A stretch of DNA of 64,000 nucleotides from an uncultured Armatimonadetes bacterium (lineage in GTDB: Bacteria; Armatimonadota; Hebobacteria; Hebobacterales; Hebobacteraceae), in contig OY970296.1 in NCBI GenBank assembly GCA_963716175.1, positions 2,368,001 through 2,432,000 of the forward strand, in the 5' to 3' direction. The position numbers and the translations under genes were made by a program. Of the stretch, positions 40,224 to 49,487 are shown piece by piece. A model generated the notes under the pieces. It saw nothing but the letters and a program-made list of their open reading frames with translations. It made no database searches and was not told the origin of the DNA. How positions within the stretch are numbered: position 1 is the stretch's first letter; each line of letters opens with the position of its first letter.

Positions 40224-40610
40224 TCACGCCTCCTCTCTCGCCGGCCGCAGACTGCCGATCGTGGTGGTACGCTCCGGCTCGGATCCACTCTCGGAGGCCA
40301 CGGGTTCGGGAGTGGAAACGCCCGCGGCCATATCCGCCACCTCCTGGCGGCCGCCATCCAGGAATCCCTGCTCCTCCGGGGCCAGACGCCTGATCATCTC
40401 CAGAAACTCGCCAGCATGGGTGCGCTCTTCATCCGCGATGTCGAGCAGCACCTTCCTCGCCAGCTCGTCGTCGGTGGCCTCCGCATGTGCAGTGTAGAGG
40501 TGCACCGCCTCCAGCTCGGCGGCCAGATTCAGTCGCAGCGCCCGGATCAGCTCCGACTTCGTCATCTTGCGCGGCACCAGCCCGGGAAACGGATTCACGA
40601 ACTCCGGCAT
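40224..40610 (-). CDS. Ferritin-like encapsulin cargo protein
   Basis: ELEAVHLY and DEERTHAGE ferroxidase motifs; linker followed by targeting peptide TIGSLR. Confidence 0.9.
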   Translation of the reverse strand: MPEFVNPFPGLVPRKMTKSELIRALRLNLAAELEAVHLYTAHAEATDDELARKVLLDIADEERTHAGEFLEMIRRLAPEEQGFLDGGRQEVADMAAGVSTPEPVASESGSEPERTTTIGSLRPAREEA

Positions 40611-40783
40611 CTCTCACCTCCGTACGCTGTCGCTGGCCCTGACCTCCGCCAGCCCAGCCTCGCGCCTGCAACTTAGGCGAGCAGGCCATTGTTCCTGTCA
40701 ACAACTTGGGACACGTGTTGAGGAGCGCAACAGAGGACAGCAGACAACAGCCGCGGCAAGCGCGAGCTGAGCCTGCCGGGCGC

Positions 40784-41608
40784 TCAGCGCTTCGCCATCT
40801 CAGCGACAGTCTCGAAGCGGAAACCTCGCCTCTGCAAAGTCTCGATGATCTGGGGCAGCACATCCAAGGTCTGCTGCACACCGTCATGCAGCAGGATGAT
40901 GCCGCCGTTGCCGATGCGCTTCAGCACCCGCTTCTCGATGGTCTTGTCCCCCGGGCTGGCGTAGTCTCCAGGGTCGTCGGTCCACAGCACGGTGGTCAGG
41001 CCCAGCGCGCCGGCTGCCAGCATCACCTCCTTGTCGTAGTCGCCGCCGGGCGGCCGCGCGAACCGCATGGTCTCGCCGGTGATGGATCTGACCACCTCCT
41101 GGGCCGCCTGCCACTCCGGCCCGATCTCGTCAACTGGGACCTTGGTCAGATTGGCGTGGTGGTAGCTATGGTTGGCGATGACACTCCCCGCGTCCCACTC
41201 CGCCCGCACCAGGTCGGGGTACTTCTCCGCCATCTCGCCCACTACGAAGAAGGTGGCCTTCACACGATACCGCCTGAGAATGTCCAGGATCTTGAGCGTA
41301 AAATCGGGGTGGGGCCCATCGTCGAAGGTCATCGCAACCGCCGGCACTCTGGGGTCGCCGCGGATCAGCTTCAGGTAGCGCACTCCCTTGCCCCGCTCGT
41401 GGGCGTCCTGCGCGGCCAGCTCCTCCGGGGACTTGTAGGTCTCCGTCAGCGCACGCGCCCAGAACTTGTCGAGCTGTGTCCCATCACTCTGGCCACTGCC
41501 CGCGGCCGGCTTCGTTATCTCAGCTTTGGGCTCCGCCGCGCTCGACTCGACTCCACCCAGCCCCAACACCACCAGGCAGGCCAACCCAATCGGCCACCGC
41601 CTTCTCAC
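40784..41608 (-). CDS. Polysaccharide deacetylase (CE4)
   Basis: TFDDGP, NHSYHH, RPPGG, IILLHDG; GTG start before a signal peptide. Confidence 0.9.
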   Translation of the reverse strand: MRRRWPIGLACLVVLGLGGVESSAAEPKAEITKPAAGSGQSDGTQLDKFWARALTETYKSPEELAAQDAHERGKGVRYLKLIRGDPRVPAVAMTFDDGPHPDFTLKILDILRRYRVKATFFVVGEMAEKYPDLVRAEWDAGSVIANHSYHHANLTKVPVDEIGPEWQAAQEVVRSITGETMRFARPPGGDYDKEVMLAAGALGLTTVLWTDDPGDYASPGDKTIEKRVLKRIGNGGIILLHDGVQQTLDVLPQIIETLQRRGFRFETVAEMAKR

Positions 41609-42404
41609 CTTTGCCCTCCTTTGCCTCCACCAGCAGCTCTGGCACGGTGACGAACCGATAGCCGCGCTTCTTGAGGCCCTCAATCACCAGCGGCAGGGCC
41701 GCCATTGTCCTCCTGCGATCGAGGGCATGACTCGGCTCGCCATCATGCGCCAGGATGATCATACCCGGGCTGATTCTGCTGATCACACGGTCGGCCATCT
41801 CCTCTGGTGTCTTCGACGACCGGTGCTCGAGCGTCACGGTCCACAGGATCATGCGGTAGCCGAGAGCCTGAGCCGAAAGGAAGCTGTCTCCGTCCCACTG
41901 ACCTCTGGGCGGCCGGAACAGGTGCGTATGGACCCCACAGACTCTCTCGATCGCCCGCTCGCAGCCCTCGATCTCGGCCAGGTTCTGCTTCTCGCTCGCG
42001 CCGGTCATGGGCTTGTGGCCCCAGGTGTGGTTCCCGATGGCATGTCCTTCCGCCACCTCCTGCCGCGCCAGCTCCGGGTGGTGCTCGACCTCCCGCCCTA
42101 TCACAAAGAAGGTCACTTTGACCCCGTGCTCTCTTGCCAGCCGCAGCACGGTCGGTGTGTATTTCGGGTCAGGGCCATCGTCGAAGGTTAGGGCCACCAG
42201 CTTCTTGTCAGTGCTCACGCGCCACACGATTTCTCCCGCGCCCCGCTGCACCCGGCCAGGTGGGTCGAGGGCGAGAGGCGCCATGGCCAGCGGAAGGCTG
42301 GCGCATCCCGTCAGGGCGATGACCCATACCGGCAACAGCAGTCTCGCTCTCGTCGTCAGCACCTGACTATCCGCGCAGCCACTCTCGCGCGCCCTCGTTA
42401 CCAC
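41520..42404 (-). CDS. Polysaccharide deacetylase (CE4), tandem
   Basis: ALTFDDGP, NHTWGH, FRPPRG, IILAHDG; start uncertain. Confidence 0.88.
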   Translation of the reverse strand: MVTRARESGCADSQVLTTRARLLLPVWVIALTGCASLPLAMAPLALDPPGRVQRGAGEIVWRVSTDKKLVALTFDDGPDPKYTPTVLRLAREHGVKVTFFVIGREVEHHPELARQEVAEGHAIGNHTWGHKPMTGASEKQNLAEIEGCERAIERVCGVHTHLFRPPRGQWDGDSFLSAQALGYRMILWTVTLEHRSSKTPEEMADRVISRISPGMIILAHDGEPSHALDRRRTMAALPLVIEGLKKRGYRFVTVPELLVEAKEGKGEKAVADWVGLPGGVGAGWSRVERGGAQS

Positions 42405-42629
42405 TTAGCACTGGGTCCTTCCTGCCCTGTGACTGGACCATTGGGGCGCCCCAGGCGGCCGGCCCGCCCGTCACCGGGCCGGCGGGCAAGCAGGAGCAGG
42501 CGGCATCACCGCCGAAGCCGAGGCCTCTAGCGCTTAGGCGGCTTCGTCGGAGACAGCTCACATGACGACCTCTGTGGCTAATGGCCCCGTTCGGGCACGC
42601 ACTGGAGCCAAGCGCGGGGGCTGCGGGCG

Positions 42630-43637
42630 GTGATCGTTCGGCGCCAGGTCTACGCCCGGGCCGGCCTGCTCGGCAATCCCTCCGACATGTACGGGGGCAA
42701 GGTCATCTCCTTCTTGATCCGGGATTTCGCTGCCCGCGTTCAGCTCTGGGAGAGCCCTCACCTCACCTTTCGCCTTCATCCCGACCACGATCGCGCCGAG
42801 TTCGCGGACCTGGCGGATCTGGTGGCCTCGGTTCGTCGGCACGGCTATTACGGGATGCAGCGGCTGCTCTTCGCGACCTGTACCCGTTTCGCCTCCTACT
42901 GCCGAGAGCGAGGGCTGCCTTTGCGGAAGGCCAACTTCACGCTGGAATACGAGACCGATATCCCGCGGCAGTCCGGGCTGGGTGGCTCCAGCGCCATGAT
43001 CGTGGCCGCGCTGCGGGCGCTGCTGCGCTTTTACCGCATTCCGGCGAGAGCTATCCCGCCGCGCGCGCTGGCCGAGCTGGCGCTGAGTGTAGAGACGCGC
43101 GAACTGGGCATCACGGCCGGCCTCCAGGACCGGGTGGTGCAGAGCTTCGGGGGCCTCACCTATATGGACTTCTCCGGCCGGCCCGCGCGCTGCCAGCGCC
43201 TCGATTCCGGCCTGCTCCCCAGGTTCGGGATCGCCTACTTGACAGACGAGCAGATCGGGCAGCGCGAGTCGGGGCAGGTGCATGCCCAGGTGCGCTACCG
43301 CTGGGAGCAGGGCGACCCGGAGGTGCGGCGGGTGATGCGGCAGCTGGCGCGGTGTGCCGAGCTGGGGCGAGAGGCCCTGCGCCGCCGCGATCTGGCAGAG
43401 TTGGGGCGCCTGATGAATCGAAACTTCGATATTCGCCGCGGCCTGTTCGGCGATACCGCGCTGGGCCAGCACACCATCGCCCTGGTGGAGATCGCGCGTG
43501 CGGCCGGTTTCCCAGCCAAGCTTCCTGGGTCCAGTGGAGCCGCGCTGGTCTTGCTGGACAGCAAGGAGGCAGAGCGGGCGCTGGCTTCGGCCTACGCGGC
43601 CAGGGGATACCGGTTCACTGCGGTGCGAGGTCTGTAG
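42630..43637 (+). CDS. GHMP kinase, glucuronokinase-like
   Basis: ARAGLLGNPSD, GYYG, IPRQSGLGGSSA, ELGITAGLQDRVVQ, motifs I recognise from plant glucuronokinase. Confidence 0.82.
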   Translation: MIVRRQVYARAGLLGNPSDMYGGKVISFLIRDFAARVQLWESPHLTFRLHPDHDRAEFADLADLVASVRRHGYYGMQRLLFATCTRFASYCRERGLPLRKANFTLEYETDIPRQSGLGGSSAMIVAALRALLRFYRIPARAIPPRALAELALSVETRELGITAGLQDRVVQSFGGLTYMDFSGRPARCQRLDSGLLPRFGIAYLTDEQIGQRESGQVHAQVRYRWEQGDPEVRRVMRQLARCAELGREALRRRDLAELGRLMNRNFDIRRGLFGDTALGQHTIALVEIARAAGFPAKLPGSSGAALVLLDSKEAERALASAYAARGYRFTAVRGL

Positions 43638-43640
43638 CTG

Positions 43641-44606
43641 ATGAGAAAAGACGATCAGGAGGCGTCGGGGCAGATGCCCCCGATAGGGCGGGAGCCAACC
43701 TCCCGTTTGCCGGGCGGGTGGCGGAGCGAGCGCGGGCGGAGCCCGCGCATAGTGAAGGCAGTGGTGCCAGCGGCCGGGCGGGGCACCCGCTTGCTGCCGG
43801 CTACCCGCTCGCAGCCGAAGGAGATGCTGCCTGTGGGCCGCAAGCCCACCATTCAACACGTGGTGGAGGAGCTTGCCGCGGCCGACCTGCGTGAGGTGCT
43901 GCTGATCTCGGGCCAGGGCAAGCGCGCTATCGAGGATCATCTGGACCGCGACGTGGGGGAGAACGAGCTGAGCGACGAGCCCTGGACGCGCCTGCGCCTC
44001 TTCCATGCGCGGCAGAGTGTACCTCGCGGCCTCGCCGACGCGATCAGCATCGCCGAGCCGTTCGCCGCAGACCAGCCTTTCGTGGTGGCGCTGGGCGACT
44101 CGATCATCGTCTCCCGCGCCCGCCAGCCGCTGCTCAAGCGCATGATCGCGGTGCACGAGCGCCACCGGCCGGCGGCCACCATCGCGGTGGAGATGGTGCC
44201 GCGGGCTTCCGTGAACCGCTACGGGATCGTCGCGCCGAAAGGTGCCGTGGACAGCGTCTTCGCCATCAAAGACATCGTAGAGAAGCCGGCGCCTGAGCGC
44301 GCGCCCAGCAACCTGTCGGCCGCGGGCCGCTACGTATTAGAGCCAGCGATCTTCGATGCCATCCGGCGCACCAAGCCGGGAGTGGGGGGCGAGCTCTGGC
44401 TGACCGACGCCCTCCGGGTGCTATTGCGAGACGGGAACGAGGTGCTCTGCGTCAAGCTGCGCAGCAGCGAGCGGCGCCTGGATATCGGCAACTTCCTCAG
44501 CTACTTCCAGGCCTTTCTGGCGCTCAGCCTGAGCGATCCGGAGCACGGGCCTGCCCTGCGCAGATGGGCGCGAGCCCTCCTGCGGCGCTCGCGCAGGGCG
44601 GGATGA
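43641..44606 (+). CDS. GalU-like UTP:sugar-1-phosphate uridylyltransferase
   Basis: KAVVPAAGRGTRLLPATRSQPKEMLPV, GLADAI, IVEKP, GELWLTDA; true start may be later. Confidence 0.9.
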   Translation: MRKDDQEASGQMPPIGREPTSRLPGGWRSERGRSPRIVKAVVPAAGRGTRLLPATRSQPKEMLPVGRKPTIQHVVEELAAADLREVLLISGQGKRAIEDHLDRDVGENELSDEPWTRLRLFHARQSVPRGLADAISIAEPFAADQPFVVALGDSIIVSRARQPLLKRMIAVHERHRPAATIAVEMVPRASVNRYGIVAPKGAVDSVFAIKDIVEKPAPERAPSNLSAAGRYVLEPAIFDAIRRTKPGVGGELWLTDALRVLLRDGNEVLCVKLRSSERRLDIGNFLSYFQAFLALSLSDPEHGPALRRWARALLRRSRRAG

Positions 44607-44745
44607 CTGACCCCGGCCAGGCGACATCCGCCACTCCCTGGCCGGAATCACCACGGCGAGAGAGCTGCTTGGCTACCAGGTGAGGCTGTCCCCTCGCGAG
44701 GGGCCCGAGCGCACCGTCGCCTGGTATCTTCAGCAAGACTCCTGA
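44603..44745 (+). pseudogene. Remnant of an NAD-dependent epimerase/dehydratase gene
   Basis: 44614-44745 reads RPGDIRHSLAGITTARELLGYQVRLSPREGPERTVAWYLQQDS*; an out-of-frame ATG at 44603 overlaps the upstream stop. Confidence 0.7.
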
Positions 44746-44848
44746 GGCCAGGCCGCGGCCTCCACCAGATGGCACGCTCGCCACCCTTGATCGGTCGCTG
44801 CCCCCGGTGTAGATTGGTGTTCGGGGAATACAGGCGAGGAGATGTCTT

Positions 44849-45001
44849 GTGCGAAGCTACCGTCTCTGGTTCACCGGCTCGCCGGCCTGGCTGGTAGTGC
44901 TGGCGATTATCAGCTTCCCGATTGGATGCGCGGCGGCGTTTCTCTATCTGCTCTGCAACTTCAGGGTCGAGGTGAGTGAACAGCCCAAGCAAGCCCAGTA
45001 G
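44849..45001 (+). CDS. Small (50 aa) membrane protein, absent from the ORF track
   Basis: GAGGAG RBS 7 nt before GTG; MRSYRLWFTGSPAWLVVLAIISFPIGCAAAFLYLLCNFRVEVSEQPKQAQ. Confidence 0.6.
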   Translation: MRSYRLWFTGSPAWLVVLAIISFPIGCAAAFLYLLCNFRVEVSEQPKQAQ

Positions 45002-46436
45002 TGGCCTATGCTGGCGCATCATCAGAGCCGTCCTGGCGCTGGCACTTGTCTCCGGCCTAGGGACCTGGCTTGCGCCAGGGCTCGGCCTGGCCTCCTCCCA
45101 TGGGCGGCGCACCACTCCCCCGCAGGTCGAGCCGCGCCCACCGCTAGCGTGGACGCCCACCCGGCACGACCGGCTCCTGGTGCTGGCGCCCCACCCCGAT
45201 GACGAGTCTGCCGCCTGCGGCGGCCTCACAGTCCAGGCTCTGCAGGCAGGCGCAGCGGTGCACGTGGTCTACGTGACCAATGGCGATGGCTTCCGGGTGG
45301 CGGCAGAGCGGGTCTTCGAGAAGACCCGCCTCTCTCCCAGCGATTATCTGAAGCTCGGCGCCATGCGCCAGCGCGAATCGCTCGGCGCTCTCGCCCGCCT
45401 GGGGCTGAGCAAGAAGGATGTGACCTTCCTCGGCTATCCCGACAAGGGCCTTGACCAGATGTGGCTGCACTATTGGGGAAGCGAGCGCGCCTACACCAGC
45501 CGTTACACCAAAGAAGACCACAATAGCTACCGCGACTCGCTGCGTCCGGGAGGGCCCTATTGCGGCCGGGCCTTGCTCGATGATCTGGAGGCTGTGATGC
45601 GGCGCTTCCGGCCCACGGTCGTCGTCGCTCCTCACCCCGGGGACGCTCACGGAGACCACTGGGCGCTCTACTGCTATACCGTGGCTGGCCTCTACGAGCT
45701 GGGGCTGCTAGACCGCGTCGAGCTGCGTCTCTATCTGGTGCACCGGGCCGATAAGTGGCTGTCCCCCAAGGGTGGATTTCTCGACCCGACTGCCCCTCCC
45801 CAGCAGAGCGATGAGCTAGGCACCCGCTGGTCGCTGCTCCCTCTCAGTCCCGAAACGGCACGGCGAAAGCGGGAGGCCATCATGCAGCACCACACGCAGC
45901 TGTTGGTGATGAGGGACTTCCTGCTCAACTTCGCCAGGAACCGGGAGCGTTTCGGTCAGATCCCCTTTGGCCGCCTCGCCGACGTGGCGCCTGGTGCCAT
46001 CCGCGTGGATGGAAAGGGGGACGACTGGGCGCAGCTCCCGCTCGCCCTCCCGGGCCGAGGTTCGCAGCCAGGCAAGCGAGTGCCCGCGGCCGCTCATATC
46101 ACTCAGGTCCAGGTGGCGCGGGACCCGCGCAAGCTCTTCGTGCTCCTGGATCTGGGCGGTTCAGCGTCGGCAGACCTTTCCTATCAGGTCCACCTTCGCC
46201 TTCTCTCCCGGGGCCAGGCGGGGCCGCCCACGACCTATGTCCTGCATCCCGGGCGGCAGTGTCCTGGCGTTGAGTTCCACGTACAGGGGAGTCGGCTCGA
46301 GCTGTCCCTGCCCTGGCCCCACCAGAGTCCATCTGATGCCATCATGCTGTCAGCCGACAGCTGGCGCGGTTCCTCCGGGCTCGACAGCACGCCCTGGGTC
46401 GTGCTGAGAGCGCAGCCTGTGGTAAGCGCCCATTGA
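44976..46436 (+). CDS. PIG-L/LmbE-family deacetylase, exported, with C-terminal beta domain
   Basis: LAPHPDDE, VTNGD, FLGYPD, DAHGDH; start uncertain. Confidence 0.85.
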   Translation: MNSPSKPSSGLCWRIIRAVLALALVSGLGTWLAPGLGLASSHGRRTTPPQVEPRPPLAWTPTRHDRLLVLAPHPDDESAACGGLTVQALQAGAAVHVVYVTNGDGFRVAAERVFEKTRLSPSDYLKLGAMRQRESLGALARLGLSKKDVTFLGYPDKGLDQMWLHYWGSERAYTSRYTKEDHNSYRDSLRPGGPYCGRALLDDLEAVMRRFRPTVVVAPHPGDAHGDHWALYCYTVAGLYELGLLDRVELRLYLVHRADKWLSPKGGFLDPTAPPQQSDELGTRWSLLPLSPETARRKREAIMQHHTQLLVMRDFLLNFARNRERFGQIPFGRLADVAPGAIRVDGKGDDWAQLPLALPGRGSQPGKRVPAAAHITQVQVARDPRKLFVLLDLGGSASADLSYQVHLRLLSRGQAGPPTTYVLHPGRQCPGVEFHVQGSRLELSLPWPHQSPSDAIMLSADSWRGSSGLDSTPWVVLRAQPVVSAH

Positions 46437-46466
46437 GCTTCGCCATCCGGCTGAACCCGGCTGCGC

Positions 46467-47598
46467 TCAGTAACGGCCGTAGCTTCTGGCCGTCTCCACC
46501 ATGGCCCGGATATTGGCATCCGGGGTATCCCGGCCGCACTGGTCGCCTGTGGACAGGATGAACCGGCCCCCGGCCGCGGCCGCGTCAATCGCTCTCTTGC
46601 TGGCCGCCATCACCTCCTCCGCCGTTCCCCGGAGCATGATATCGGTGGTGTGCAGGTTTCCCTTCAGCACGATCTTGCGGCCGTACCTCGCCTTCAGCTC
46701 CGCCAGGTCGCAGTCTCCCATCGGTGGCGCCTCCAGAGGATCTATCACCGTGAGCTTGGTCTCCTCGGCTGCCATTCCCACCAGGGCGCGCTCGGGGCCG
46801 CAGGAATGCACATGTGTCGGGAGGCCCAGATCGTAGGCCATCTCCGTGGCGCGCTGGAGCACAGGGAGGGCCAGCTCGCGGAAAATTGCAGGCGTCTGCC
46901 ACACCAGACTGCCGGACCCGCCGCACAGCAGCACGTCCGGCCGCGGGTCCATCTTCGCGATCTTCTCCATCCTCTCTTCCACTCGCCGGATGGTCTGCTG
47001 CGTCAGCTCCCGCCACGGCCTGGGGTCATCGTAATAGGAGTAGATCTGATCCGGATTGTTCAGGACGATCGTGCTCGCCCCGCTGTTCAGGCCCAGCACC
47101 CCCTGGTCTCCCATCTCCTTCCGCATCAGCTTCCAGCGCTCCAGCCCGACCGGCCACGGTTTCACCCCCTCGATCTCCTCCCACTCGCTTGGCACCGGTG
47201 GCAGGCCCAGCTTCTCCGGCAGAACGTTGGTGGCTGGTGGGTTGTCGGCAGTGTGCACCACCACATGGCGACTCCAGGCGTCACTTTCCGCGTGGTAGTC
47301 CTGAGTGACGAAGCTGCCATCCTTCCGCCGCATCACGATCCTCGTCTGCCAGCCGCTATCCGTGCCATCCAGCACATCCACTGGCCCGAAGTCGTAGAGC
47401 TCGAAGCCTCCGTCAATGTCGAAGTGCTTGACGGCCTCGATATAGGCCTTCCATAGGGGAGGATCCTCGTAGACGTAGATGTCCCAGAAGGGCTTTCCTG
47501 TGAGCCGGCACGGCACCATGTTCGAGATGTCCGGGCAGCACGGAACGCAGTCCGGAATCTCCCCTCTCATCACCGTCAGCAATCTCTCGCGAGGTCAT
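46467..47598 (-). CDS. Uroporphyrinogen decarboxylase-like protein, frameshifted near the start
   Basis: HVHSCG, LKGNLHT, FILSTGDQCGRDTP; the natural start MTSRE (ATG 47598) is out of frame with LLTVMRGE. Confidence 0.82.
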
Positions 47599-47792
47599 GC
47601 CGAGTTCCACCCATGCAGCTCTGACCCGATGTCTTCCGTCAGCGGCTCCTCGCAACCTTCCCGCCGCACGTCACCCAAGCAGGCGCACTTGCTGGTGAGC
47701 ACGCGAGGACTCACCCACGCGCCGACGAAACCGCGTTCGGATGTCCGAGATCTCCTGGTGCTGGACGGCCTGGCAGAGCGAGCGGATCTGAG

Positions 47793-48365
47793 ATGACCAC
47801 GCCCGCCGCCGACAATGCTCCCATCGTCTTCACTATCGGTCACTCGACGCGCACCGCGGCTCAGCTGATTGAGCTGCTGCGCGCCCGCGGCGTGACCAAG
47901 GTGGTGGACGTGCGCACCGTGCCCCGCTCTCGCCACACGCCGCAGTTCAACCGCGAGACCCTACCTCAGGTTCTGCAGGCGGCTGGCATCGGCTATCTGC
48001 ACCTGCCTGGGTTGGGAGGTCTGCGCCATTCCCACAAGGACTCGGTGAACACGGGCTGGCGCAATGCCAGCTTCCGCGGGTATGCCGACTACATGCTCAC
48101 GCCGGAGTTCGAGCAGAGCGTGAGCGCGCTGATTGAGCTGGCCCGGCGGGAGCGAATCGCCATCATGTGCGCGGAGGCAGTGCCCTGGCGCTGTCACCGG
48201 TGGCTGCTTGCGGATGCCCTGAGCGTGCGGGGAGTCCGGGTAGAGCACATCATGAGCTTGACCCGGTCCGATCCTCACTCGCTCACCTCGTGGGCCAAGG
48301 TCGAGCGCACGCGCATCACCTACCCTGGCCTGGGGGAGCAGTCCGCACTCCCCGGTGTGCGATGA
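47793..48365 (+). CDS. DUF488 domain protein
   Basis: FTIGHSTR, VDVRTVPRS, LGGLR, MCAEAVPWRCHR. Confidence 0.92.
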   Translation: MTTPAADNAPIVFTIGHSTRTAAQLIELLRARGVTKVVDVRTVPRSRHTPQFNRETLPQVLQAAGIGYLHLPGLGGLRHSHKDSVNTGWRNASFRGYADYMLTPEFEQSVSALIELARRERIAIMCAEAVPWRCHRWLLADALSVRGVRVEHIMSLTRSDPHSLTSWAKVERTRITYPGLGEQSALPGVR

Positions 48366-48432
48366 CTGGCCAAGGAGCGGGTCCTTCCTTGGCAAACTGG
48401 ACGCGGGGCAAGCGGGCCCAGGAGGCCGAGCT

Positions 48433-49026
48433 ATGTTCATTGACTATGTCTCGCTGCTGCTGATCAACACCATGATTGGCTATTTCCTGCTGGCGGGATA
48501 CGTCTACTCCGGTCTCGATGACCGGGACCAGGGCAAGTGGGCAGTGGGGTTCCTCATGTCAGGGCTGATCGCAGTCGTGTTCGGGGGCCTCGTGGCCGCC
48601 ACTTGGCCGCTGCCTGGCCCCTATGACACGGCCTATGGCGAGATGTCTGTGCTGCTGGGGATCATCTTCCTGGGGGCAGGCCTGGCCATGGTCAGAGGCT
48701 GGAGCATGCTGCTCGTCGCCGTCTACGGCTTCTTCGCCGGATGGGCGGCCGTGGTGATGGGCATCCGCATCATCCAGCTCAAGCTGACCCTCGTCCCGGG
48801 CTTGGCAGGCGTGGGGTTCATCCTCTCCGGCCTGGCCGGCGTGTTTGCCGCGCCGACCCTGAGCTTCCTGAGGAATCACCGGCCTTTCCGCACCCTGGCT
48901 GCCATCGTCCTCTTCGTCACCGCCCTGGTCTGGGCTGTCGTTGTGTACCCCGAGTACTGGTTCCACATGCAGCAGTTCGGCAAATGGGTGCCGCTGGTCT
49001 CTCGCGCTGCTGCCATTCGCCCCTGA
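48433..49026 (+). CDS. DUF981-family membrane protein
   Basis: MFIDYVSLLLIN, TWPLPGPYDTAYGE; GGAGG RBS. Confidence 0.82.
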   Translation: MFIDYVSLLLINTMIGYFLLAGYVYSGLDDRDQGKWAVGFLMSGLIAVVFGGLVAATWPLPGPYDTAYGEMSVLLGIIFLGAGLAMVRGWSMLLVAVYGFFAGWAAVVMGIRIIQLKLTLVPGLAGVGFILSGLAGVFAAPTLSFLRNHRPFRTLAAIVLFVTALVWAVVVYPEYWFHMQQFGKWVPLVSRAAAIRP

Positions 49027-49054
49027 GCCAGGGCGAATCCAGGGTCCGGGAATG

Positions 49055-49085
49055 ACGAGAGCCCCGGCTGTGCCGGGGCTCTCGT
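49055..49085. terminator. Hairpin between convergent DUF981 and csp genes
   Basis: 14-bp stem ACGAGAGCCCCGGC/GCCGGGGCTCTCGT with a 3-nt loop. Confidence 0.65.
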
Positions 49086-49107
49086 TGCTCTCACAGGTCT
49101 AACTGGC

Positions 49108-49305
49108 TCAGAGAGGCCGAACCTTGGCGGCCCTGGGACCCTTGGGACCCTGCTCGACCTGAAGCTCGACTTCCTGGCCTTCACGCAGGGAGCGGAACCC
49201 CTGGCCCTCGATCGCCGAGTGGTGAACGAAGATATCACCCTGGGCGGTCTCGATGAAGCCGAAGCCCTTGGCATCGCTGAACCACTTCACTTTGCCACTG
49301 ATCAT
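49108..49305 (-). CDS. cspA: Cold-shock protein
   Basis: [31 protein letters not shown]. Confidence 0.95.
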   Translation of the reverse strand: MISGKVKWFSDAKGFGFIETAQGDIFVHHSAIEGQGFRSLREGQEVELQVEQGPKGPRAAKVRPL

Positions 49306-49428
49306 TAGCCGATCTCCTTTCCGAAAGCTCGAACGTTAGGCAGGAGGTCGGCCGGTACTGAACGCTTTCCTCACCCCACAGTCCTGAGGCTTTCCGAGTT
49401 CGCGGCGCGCGCCAAACGCACCAGCCTG

Positions 49429-49457
49429 ATGCTACCCTCAAAACCATAGTCTGTCAA
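49429..49457 (-). promoter_or_regulatory. Sigma70-type promoter of the csp gene
   Basis: TTGACA-17 nt-TAGCAT, giving a 5' UTR of roughly 115 nt, typical of csp genes. Confidence 0.65.
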
Positions 49458-49487
49458 GCGCATTCGGAAGTCGGTAGTGGGTCAGTC

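Noticed and set aside
42558-44165. 535-aa minus-strand ORF and the 437-aa alternative plus-frame ORF
   Set aside because: Shadows of the kinase and nucleotidyltransferase genes
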